NCBI GenBank assembly: GCA_963785965.1
Contig: CAWAXE010000007.1
Coordinates: forward strand, 3 to 64,002
Direction: 5' to 3'
Origin: an uncultured Alphaproteobacteria bacterium
GTDB lineage: Bacteria; Pseudomonadota; Alphaproteobacteria; Sphingomonadales; Sphingomonadaceae
DNA length: 64,000 nucleotides
Made by a program: the position numbers and the translations under genes. Positions 1-9,562 of the stretch are shown here, one piece after another. The notes under the pieces are model-generated. The model searched no databases and was not told where the DNA came from. It saw only the letters and a program-made list of their open reading frames with translations. Each line of letters begins with the position of its first letter. Positions within the stretch are counted from its first letter, which is position 1.

Positions 1-579
1 GGCGGCCAGCTTTAGATCATAACTGTCAACCGATTTTGTCATTCTCACCAGCGGATCCGCGTGAGCATAGAACAGACACAGCTGCTTCTTGCCCAGATAG
101 TTCTTCACCACGACCCGAATGCCATTTACATTCCAGTTGTCCATGTTGTGAGCGAAGGTATCAACTCCAAGATCGCCTTGGCCCGGATGGCCGTTGTACT
201 CGAAGTGCATCGTCATCCCTCTCAGTTCATCATAGGTTTTGGGAGAGGGAAACCAGCATCGAACGTCATGCATACTGCGGTTTGGCCACGCGTCGCCGCC
301 AACCGACTTCAAGTCACAGCGCTGATCAGTCCCACCGACACCCTGATACGACCAACGCACCCATGCTGAACTATCTGATCTCAAATCGTCATCGCCGGTC
401 CAAACTGTGAACACAACGGCAGCAAATCGGTCCGCCGTTTGGGGGGATTGAACGTCCGCCTGAGGGGCGCTTGGATTGCGCATGACCGGTCGGGGCGCCG
501 GCCGGATTTGCGGCGACGCAGACAGCGAGAGACCCGCTAGCAGGAAGAACGGAACGGCGCGCGTTACAAGGAATCGCAT
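1..579 (-). CDS. Secreted WTGDDDLR/DNWNV-family protein, paralog 1 (3' end runs off the window)
   Basis: Manual minus-strand translation from ATG at 579 (AGGAG upstream): MRFLVTRAVPFFLLAGLSLSASPQIRPAPRP...FTVWTGDDDLRSDSSAWV...QRCDL...WPNRSMHDVRC...DNWNVNGIRV...CLF...PLVRM...SYDLKLAA. Open to position 1. Same motifs as the three plus-strand genes; not in the ORF track. Confidence 0.88.
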   Translation of the reverse strand, partial: MRFLVTRAVPFFLLAGLSLSASPQIRPAPRPVMRNPSAPQADVQSPQTADRFAAVVFTVWTGDDDLRSDSSAWVRWSYQGVGGTDQRCDLKSVGGDAWPNRSMHDVRCWFPSPKTYDELRGMTMHFEYNGHPGQGDLGVDTFAHNMDNWNVNGIRVVVKNYLGKKQLCLFYAHADPLVRMTKSVDSYDLKLAA

Positions 580-597
580 CACTTGTTCTCCTGCCCG

Positions 598-632
598 CCA
601 GCAGCGATTTCGGTGTCCGTCAGGTCGTAACC
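598..632 (-). pseudogene. Relic 3' end of a further WTGDDDLR paralog
   Basis: Minus strand reads ggttacgacctgacggacaccgaaatcgctgctgg followed by caggagaacaagtgATG. This matches the ends of paralogs 2 and 3 (agttacgagctgacggagacggtcaatcgctgttga; agttacgacatcacccagacggagaaccattgctga...caggagaagtgaattATG). Confidence 0.55.
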
Positions 633-786
633 TTACTCTTTCTTTCGCCAACGTTATAGCCGGCTCGAGGTCAACGCCATTCGACGCTGAACTGCCCAGA
701 GCGGCCCCGCGACCGTTTTGCCTGAAAGCGTCAGAGGGCGAGCTGGGCTGCAAGAGACGGAACTGGTGCATTTAGTAAACTGTCAC

Positions 787-814
787 CGTCCTCCCCGCAG
801 CCGAAGCGGACGTT
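787..814 (+). repeat. Degenerate copy of the GTCCGC...GCGGAC palindrome family
   Basis: cgtcc-tccccgcagccgaa-gcggacgtt; the right arm aagcggacgtt is identical to the copy at 26413-26448. Confidence 0.4.
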
Positions 815-939
815 GCGGATCCCTGAGTAATTGCTGAAGATTTTTTCAAATGCGTAATTCTGCTAGGAAACCTGTAAGCTAGATTGGCGGGGAACTTGTC
901 TGCATTGAATTCCGGCAGCTGATTTGCAGGAGAGCCAAT

Positions 940-1524
940 GTGCGACTAATTGAGTATTGCAGAATCGCAGTGTGCGCCTCGGCCATTTGCCTCGGAGCCT
1001 CATCAGCGCTTTCGCAGTTTCGAAACGCACCGCGGCCCATCCTAACGAACCCCAACGCTCCAACTGTCGAGCCACGACAGGCCGGGACGCGCCATCACGA
1101 ACTGTACACGGCGCTGGAGTTCAACGTCTGGACCGGCGATGATGACTTGCGCGCGTACAGCGGTGCCTGGGTAGATATCACCTTTCCTGGCGAAAAGACC
1201 CGAAAATGCGTCCTTCACGAAGTCGCAGAGGACAGCTGGGAGAACGGTTCGAAGCATCAAGGGCACCAATGCGTTCTTGCGACGCCGAGAACTTGGCCTC
1301 AACTCAAGGCGGCGCGAATGTTCTTGAACTTCGACGGCAGGCGGCACCAGCATCCATACGACACTGGCGACAACTGGAATGTGGATGAAGTCCGGGTGAT
1401 CGCCATTGATACTGCGGACAAGCATTTTCCTTGCCTGCTCGATGCGAAGAACGGGCCATATCTCGTGAGGTTGACCCTCTCGCACACAAGTTACGAGCTG
1501 ACGGAGACGGTCAATCGCTGTTGA
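940..1524 (+). CDS. Secreted WTGDDDLR/DNWNV-family protein, paralog 2
   Basis: 194-aa ORF with a signal-like N-terminus, FNVWTGDDDLR, WENGSKH, DNWNV, CLL and a terminal Cys. Confidence 0.88.
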   Translation: MRLIEYCRIAVCASAICLGASSALSQFRNAPRPILTNPNAPTVEPRQAGTRHHELYTALEFNVWTGDDDLRAYSGAWVDITFPGEKTRKCVLHEVAEDSWENGSKHQGHQCVLATPRTWPQLKAARMFLNFDGRRHQHPYDTGDNWNVDEVRVIAIDTADKHFPCLLDAKNGPYLVRLTLSHTSYELTETVNRC

Positions 1525-1542
1525 CGCACCGGAGGATGAATC

Positions 1543-2134
1543 ATGCGCACTTTCGTCACACGTGTCATACCGATCTTCCTCGCAGCGGCGATCTCCGCGG
1601 CCGCGTCTCCGCAAATTCCGATGAGGCCGCAACCGATCATTCAGAACCCGAACGTTCCGCGCCCGCCGGCGGGAAATCCCAAGCCGGGCACGGGCGGCCC
1701 TTCGCATCACGAGCAGTACACCGCGTTGGAATTCACCGTGTGGACCGGTGACGACGATTTAAGACCGCAGAGTGTGGCATACGTGGACCTCAAGTTTCCA
1801 GATGGCACTACCCAAAGATGCGTTCTTCACCCGAGCCAGGATGATGGCTGGTCCAACAACACCACCCACCAAGCCCGGCAATGCATTTTGTCGAGCGCGA
1901 AAAATTGGAACCAGCTCCGGTCCGCAACGATGCTCTTGGTTCTCAGACAGTAGCATGGAGGCATTCCTCGAAATGGGCGATAACTGGAACGTTAACGCAG
2001 TGCGGGTGACGGCGATCGATCCGGCCGACAAGCACTATCCCTGCTTGCTCAACGTAAGGGCAAAGCCAATGCTGGTCAGGCTAAAACCAACTCTGCCAAG
2101 TTACGACATCACCCAGACGGAGAACCATTGCTGA
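1543..2134 (+). CDS. Secreted WTGDDDLR/DNWNV-family protein, paralog 3 (frameshift near 1945)
   Basis: ORF 1543-1953 (FTVWTGDDDLR, WSNNTTH) joins the tail of ORF 1772-2134 (DNWNV...CLL...TENHC). GGAGG RBS upstream. Confidence 0.85.
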
Positions 2135-2153
2135 CCGGCAGGAGAAGTGAATT

Positions 2154-2740
2154 ATGCGAGCTTTCGTCACACGTGCCATTCCGTTGTTTTTAGCCGCGGC
2201 GATCTCCGTGCCAGCCTCGCCACAGATCCGTACGGCTCCTCAACCGGTGGTGAGAAATCCCAATGCGCCACAGCGCGACGTTCAGCGGCCGCCAGTGAGG
2301 TTCACCAACTTGGCGTTCACGATCTGGACTGGCGACGACGATTTGCGGGCGAACAGCACCGTCGGTGCCGATCTCCATTTCGGGGACGGCACAACGGTTC
2401 ATTGCGACCTTCGCCCTGGAAACATTCATGGGACAACAATTCGGTCCATAGCGGTGCTCTCTGCGCGCTGCCGGCGCCAAAGACGCTTGCGGAGCTCAAG
2501 GGCACGAAAGTCGATCTAGTTTATAGCGGCGACCCTCATGCGGCGGTGAGCACAAAGAAAGCGACAGAGATGAATTTCGATACATTCGACAACTGGAACG
2601 TCGCCAGGGTGCGCGTCTTCGCTCGGGACCCGGCGCAGCACCAGCAGACCTGTCTTCTCGATGTGAAAGGCAATCCGCTCGTGCGGATGAAAGAGACGAA
2701 CTACTCTTTCCGCCTGACGGATGTGATGAGCGGTTGCTGA
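2154..2740 (+). CDS. Secreted WTGDDDLR/DNWNV-family protein, paralog 4 (frameshift near 2420)
   Basis: ORF 2154-2519 (FTIWTGDDDLR) joins the tail of ORF 2147-2740 (WDNNSVH, DNWNV, CLL, terminal SGC). Confidence 0.85.
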
Positions 2741-2769
2741 ATCGAACAGGCTGCGGATGAGGAGGCTAT

Positions 2770-3246
2770 ATGAGGGCGGTATCTTGGAAGGTGGTTCGAG
2801 GAGGCCTTGTGTTGGCGGTGGCGATACTCTGTGGTGGGCCAGCTTACGCGTCAGCAAGCGATGCTTGTGCGCTGCTGACCGCGCCTGAAGTAAGTTCCGT
2901 GCTCGGCACGCCAGCAAAGGCGGGCCAGCCCGTCACTCCAACTGATCACAAGGTCTGCATTTGGAAGACCGTTGATGGTCGCTCCACGATCACGCTGATG
3001 CTGCAGCCGTCCTCGGCCTTTGACGGGGGGCTACGCCTTGCAAGCTACTCAAACGGCAGCCTCAAGCCCGCCCGAGTAGCGGGGCTTGGCGAAGGCGCCT
3101 ACTTCCTGCCGGTTGGCGACCAGGTCGCTCTCATGGTCAAGAAGGGTGGCGTGGCGCTCAAAATAGCCGTTTACCAGCACGGCCCAATAGATCCCAAGGA
3201 GGCCGCTGAGCGGGCGCTGGCCGGAAAGGTCATTGCACGGCTGTAA
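2770..3246 (+). CDS. Secreted protein, DUF3558-like
   Basis: Signal peptide, DACALLTxxEVxxxLG, second Cys in VCIW, GLGEGAY, C-terminal helix; GAGGAGG RBS. Confidence 0.7.
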   Translation: MRAVSWKVVRGGLVLAVAILCGGPAYASASDACALLTAPEVSSVLGTPAKAGQPVTPTDHKVCIWKTVDGRSTITLMLQPSSAFDGGLRLASYSNGSLKPARVAGLGEGAYFLPVGDQVALMVKKGGVALKIAVYQHGPIDPKEAAERALAGKVIARL

Positions 3247-3345
3247 GCTCAGCCGTCCGTCCGTGGCTCTATGCTCCTCGCGCTGGTCAGCCGCGATTTT
3301 CGGTTTCTGTCAGTGGCCCGTCAGCTTTGCTGTAGTCCAGGCGTC

Positions 3346-3409
3346 GACCCCTCCACCATTGGCTCTTCGGCCAATGGTCCTCCTCCCCATCGCTGCGCGA
3401 TGGAGAGGA
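3346..3409 (+). repeat. REP-like double-hairpin repeat (CCCCTCCACCA family)
   Basis: gacccctccacca-[hairpin]-tggtcctcctcccca-[hairpin]-gagga; a second copy lies at 56980-57045. Confidence 0.7.
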
Positions 3410-3516
3410 GAGAGGACATATAAAGCTTTCTTTATATGTTGGCCTGGGCTAGGGGCGGGGCGACTTTGTGGGCCCGCTTTTGGCCTCCTTTAACCCAAGC
3501 TTTGGAGAATCTCGAC

Positions 3517-4932
<1,416 letters not shown>

Positions 4933-5024
4933 CGACGAGCATTAACGTCCTGCTCTCAATCGAATAGCTTCCTTTTTGCAGGCTCGCTCGCCTTAAGAAC
5001 GGCCGAGGGAGCACTCGCGGACGC

Positions 5025-7389
5025 ATGAACGCCTATTCTGGCTCGATTGTGGCGATTGTCGCGCTGGCTTTGCTCTGGCTGGGCATTGCGGCGGCGATTG
5101 CCTTTGTCGCGGCGCGGCGTTTTCGGCTGGCGCGAGCAGGTGCTCGGCGCGGCGCAGTCGAACGCGACTTTGCTCGAGCTGACTCCGGCGCGGCCGCTGG
5201 TCGTCCGGGCCGACGACCGCATCGAAGCCGATGCGCAGCTGGTGCGCGAGCTGGGGCTGAAGTCGCAGCCGAGCCGGCTTGCGCGAACTGGCCGGTAACG
5301 ACAGCGGGATTGTCCCCGACGATCTCGAAGGCGCTGACAGAGGAGATCGAGGCGGCGCGCGTTTCCGCCGGCCGAATCTCGCGCAAGGTGCGGGCGAAGG
5401 CTCTGGCCGGGTGTTCGACGTGCGCGGCGGGCCGGCGCCGGCGCCAGAACCCGCGGGCACAATGCTGCTCTGGTTCTTCGATACCAGCGCCGGCGAGGAG
5501 GAGCGCGCGAAGCTCGCGCTCGCGGCTGCGCCAGACCGAAGGCGCGCTCAACTCGCTCACCCACCTGATCGAGGCGGCGCCTTTCCCGATGTGGTACCGC
5601 GGCCCCGACCTCAAGCTCGGCCTCGTCAACAGCGCGTTCGTCGACGCGGTCGAAGGGCGAAGACGCCGCCGACGTGATCGAGCGCTGCCGGAACTGATCG
5701 ACGCCGAAGGCGAGGACAGCGCCATCGCCACGCGCCCGCAAGGCGCAGGAGAGCGAGCCGCATCGTCTCGCGCATGCAGCCGGCGATCATCCGCGGCGAG
5801 CGGCGCATGCTGCGGATCGTCAACGTGCCGCTGTCGACCGGCGCGGTCGCCGGCTTCGCGGTCGACGTCCAGGACCTCGAGGACGCGCGGACCGAGCTTA
5901 CGCGCCACATCGAATCGCAGCGCGAGCTCGCCGACCGAATGACCGCCGGCACGGCGCAGTTCGATGCCGACCGCAGCCTGAGCTTCTTCAACCGGCCGTT
6001 CGCGGCGATGACCGCAGCTCGATCCCGACTGGCTTTCGGAAAAGCCGGAATTCGACCGCGTGCTCGATCGCATGCGCGACACGCAGCGCCTGCCCGAGAC
6101 CCGCGACTTTCCTGTCTGGAAGGAACGAGCGGCGTGACTGGTTCACCAGCGCCGAGGAGGTGGTCGAGGAAGAATGGATGCTGCCCAACGGCGACCATTT
6201 GCGGGTCGTCGCGCAGGCGCTGCCCGACGGCGGATTGAGATTGTTCCTCGAGGACCGCACCGAGCAACTTCGCCTCGCCTCGGCGCGCGACACGTTGCTG
6301 AGGGTGCGGGCGGCGACCTTCGACAATCTGTTCGAGGCGATCAGCGTGTTCGCCAGCGATGGGCGGCTGTATTTGTGGAATCGCCGTTTCCTCGAGGACT
6401 GGGAGCTCGACGAGGAGTGGCTCGCCACGCATCCGCGGGTGGACGAGCTGGTTCCGGCAATGGCGCGAAAGCTGGTCAACCCGACGACGGCTGCGCAGAT
6501 CCGCGAGATGGTTCGCCAGACGACCAACGAGCGGCAGTCGTCGAGCGGGCGGATCTCGATGACCGACGGGCGGCATTTCCAGTTCGCGGCAGTTCCGCTG
6601 CCCGACGGAAATGCGCTGTTCACGATGGTCGACGTGACCGACTCCAGCCGCATCGAGGCGGCGCTTCGCGAGCGCGCCAAGGCGCTCGAGGAAGCCGATC
6701 GGGTGAAGACCGATTTCGTCGCCAACATGAGCTATGAGCTGAGGACTCCGCTGACGTCGATCGGCGGGTTCGGCGAATTGCTTGGCGGTGGCTATGCCGG
6801 CGATCTCAGCCCGAAAGGGAAGGACTATGTCAGCGCCATCCTCGAATCCGTCGAGCGCCTGTCGAAGCTGATCAACGACGTGCTCGACCTCACCACCGGC
6901 GACACGCGCGGAGTGGCGCTGGAGATCGAACGCGTCGACATCGCAGGCCTGTGCCGAGCCGCTGCCGATACGGCGCGCACGAGAGCGGCCGAGAAGGCGC
7001 AGAAGCTCGACACCGGCATTTTGCCGGCGGCCGGGTTCGTTTTCGGGGACGCGCGCCGCCTGCGCGAATCCATTGAGCACGTGCTGCATAACGCCATCGC
7101 CTACACCGACCGCAAAGGCCGCATCCTGCTCAAGGCTGGCGGGGATGCTGACAATGCGGTGATCTCCATCAGCGACAACGGCTCGGGCATTGCGGCGAAG
7201 GACCTGCCGCGCGTGTTCAACCGGTTCGACCGCGTGGTGGAGGAAGGCGTGCGTGGCGAGGCGGCTCTGGGGCTTGGATTGCCGCTGACGCGCCAATTCA
7301 TCGAGGCGCATAGCGGGACGGTCGAAATCGAGTCGAAGAAGGGCAAGGGGACTACGGTCACTCTGACCATCCCGCGCGGGTCGAAATGA
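5025..7389 (+). CDS. divL: PAS-domain pseudo-histidine kinase DivL (frameshifted)
   Basis: N-terminal TM, PAS segments, H-box ANMSYELRTPL with Tyr replacing His, HATPase (NAI, DNGSG, GLGLPL); canonical position between ahcY and tsaE. Confidence 0.85.
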
Positions 7390-7820
7390 TCCTGGCGGAT
7401 GAAGAGGCGACGGCGCTGGCCGGCGCCGCTGTCGCCGCGCGGGTTCGGGCGGGGGAAGTGATTACGCTTTCAGGGCCGCTTGGCGTCGGGAAGACGGCGC
7501 TGGCGCGAGGCTTTCTGGCGGCGCTGGGTCACCCGGGCGAGGTGCCGAGCCCGAGTTTCGCGATCGTTCAGCCATACGAGGACGTCGATCCCCCCGTGTG
7601 GCACGTCGATCTTTACCGCATCGAGGATTCCTCAGAACTCGATGAGCTCGGCCTCGATTCCGCGGGGGATGCGGTACTCCTGGTCGAGTGGCCGGAGCGG
7701 GCTGGTGAACGCGCCTGGCCCGATGCGCTTCAGCTGACCCTCGACTTTGGCGAAGCGGGCGCTCGGCGCTTGACAGCGAAGGTGCCCCCGTCATGGGAGG
7801 GGCGATGGCCTCCACGATGA
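7386..7820 (+). CDS. tsaE: tRNA threonylcarbamoyladenosine biosynthesis ATPase
   Basis: LSGPLGVGKT, VPSPSF, HVDLYR, LVEWPE. Confidence 0.95.
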   Translation: MILADEEATALAGAAVAARVRAGEVITLSGPLGVGKTALARGFLAALGHPGEVPSPSFAIVQPYEDVDPPVWHVDLYRIEDSSELDELGLDSAGDAVLLVEWPERAGERAWPDALQLTLDFGEAGARRLTAKVPPSWEGRWPPR

Positions 7821-8804
7821 TTCCGCCGCCTTATGCGCATGAATTCCTTGCTTCTTGCGGGTGGCCGGGAGCGCAAATTCTGCCGCTTGCGGGCGATGCG
7901 TCGTTCCGCCGCTACTTCCGTGTGGTCGAGGGCAACCGCACCGCGGTGCTAATGGATGCGCCCCCGCCCCACGAGGACCCGCGACCGTTCGTCGCAGTCG
8001 CTGAATGGCTGGCGTCGGTGGGGTTGAGCGCCCCGCAAATCCTTGCGCGCGAGATGGACAAAGGCCTGCTTCTGCTCGCCGATTTCGGCGACTGGCGGCT
8101 GCGCGAGATCCTCGACGAAGATCCGCAGCGGGAGCGCGACTTGTACGCGCTTGCGACGGATGTCCTGGTTCACCTGCACCGGCACCCGCCGATGGAAGGT
8201 CTTCGTCCCCACGGGCTCGATCAATGGCTCGACGAGCTGATGCTGTTCACTGAGTGGTATTGCCCAGCGGTCGGCGCCGACGTCGATGTGGAAGCCTATC
8301 GCGCGGCGTGGAGCGAAGCCCTCGCTCCGGTTGCGGAGGACGGCCTCGGCCCAGTGACGGTCCTTCGCGATTACCACGCCGAGAACATCATGCTGATCGG
8401 CGACCGCGAAGGCGTTGGACATTTCGGGCTGCTCGACTTCCAGGACGCCGTCGCCGGCCACCCCGCCTACGACCTCGCTTCGGTGCTCGAGGATGCGCGG
8501 CGCGACGTTCCGCCGGACATCGAGCGGGCGATGATCGACCGCTACGTCGCCGCGACTGGTCACGGCGAAAAGTTCGAGCGCGGCTACTGGGCGCTCGCCG
8601 CGCAGCGCAACACGCGCATTCTCGGGCGTCTTCACGCGGCTGTGGAAGAGGGACGGCAAGCCCCACTACCGCCGCTTCCAACCGCGGATGTGGGGCCTGC
8701 TCGAACGCGATCTCGCGCAGTCGCACCTGAAGCCCGTGCGCGACTGGTTCGACGCCAATATTGCGCCCGAGCATCGCCGTGAGCCGTGGAGGGATGCCGC
8801 GTGA
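7817..8804 (+). CDS. amgK: Anomeric MurNAc/GlcNAc kinase, APH family (frameshift near 8628)
   Basis: LAGDASFRRYFR, LRDYHAENIM, LLDFQDA, YDLASVLEDARRD; alternative frame continues FTRLWKRDGKPHY to a TGA overlapping the murU GTG. Confidence 0.88.
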
Positions 8805-9562
8805 GCCAGGCCAAGCGCGCGCTTCGTCTTCGCGCCGAGGTCCCGGGCGAAGTTCCGCATACCGCGATGATCATGGCCGCGGGCCTCGGCAAGCGCATGC
8901 GCCCGCTGACCGCGACCCGGCCCAAGCCTTTGATCGAGGTCGGCGGCAAGGCGCTGCTCGATCACGCGCTCGAAAAGCTCCGCGCGGCGGGCGTGAAAAA
9001 GGTCGTCGTCAACGTCCATTATCTGGCGGACGCCCTCGAGGCGCATCTGGCCAGCCGCGCGCACGGGCTCGAGGTCGCCATCTCCGACGAACGCGGCTTG
9101 CTGATGGAAACCGGCGGCGGGTTGGTGAAAGCCGCGCCGCTGATCGATTGCGACCCGTTCCTGGCGCTCAACAGCGACAATCTGTGGGTCGACGGGCCGG
9201 CGGATACGCTGAGGTTGCTCGCCTCTCACTGGGACGATTCCAGGATGGACGCGCTGCTGCTGCTGGTGCCGCTGGCGCGGGCGGAGAACCACCGGGGCAT
9301 GGGCGACTTCCACATGGACCGGACGGGACGCCTGCGCCGCCGTGACAAGAGCTATGTCGCGCCATTCGTCTTTACCGGGGTGCAGATGATCTCCAAGCGC
9401 CTGCTGCGCGATGCGCCCGAGGGGCCGTTCTCGACCAACCTCCTGTGGGACCGCGCGATCGAGGAGGGCCGCTGCTTCGGCGCCGTCCACCAGGGGCTGT
9501 GGTTCGACGTCGGCACGCCCAAGTCGATTCCGATGACGGAAGCGGCGCTCGAGAATGCCTGA
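8801..9562 (+). CDS. murU: MurNAc-1-phosphate uridylyltransferase (nucleotidyltransferase)
   Basis: MAAGLGKRMRPLT..PKPLI, ETGGG, WFDVGTP; follows amgK. Confidence 0.88.
   Translation: MSQAKRALRLRAEVPGEVPHTAMIMAAGLGKRMRPLTATRPKPLIEVGGKALLDHALEKLRAAGVKKVVVNVHYLADALEAHLASRAHGLEVAISDERGLLMETGGGLVKAAPLIDCDPFLALNSDNLWVDGPADTLRLLASHWDDSRMDALLLLVPLARAENHRGMGDFHMDRTGRLRRRDKSYVAPFVFTGVQMISKRLLRDAPEGPFSTNLLWDRAIEEGRCFGAVHQGLWFDVGTPKSIPMTEAALENA

Noticed and set aside
36-410. Plus-strand ORFs 36-410 and 61-369
   Set aside because: Antisense shadows of the minus-strand WTGDDDLR paralog at 1-579.
3247-3516. SAH riboswitch upstream of ahcY
   Set aside because: No recognisable SAH aptamer core; the structure present is the REP-like repeat.
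6721-6760. Tyr replacing the phospho-accepting His as a novel kinase
   Set aside because: This is the known DivL signature in its usual gene context.
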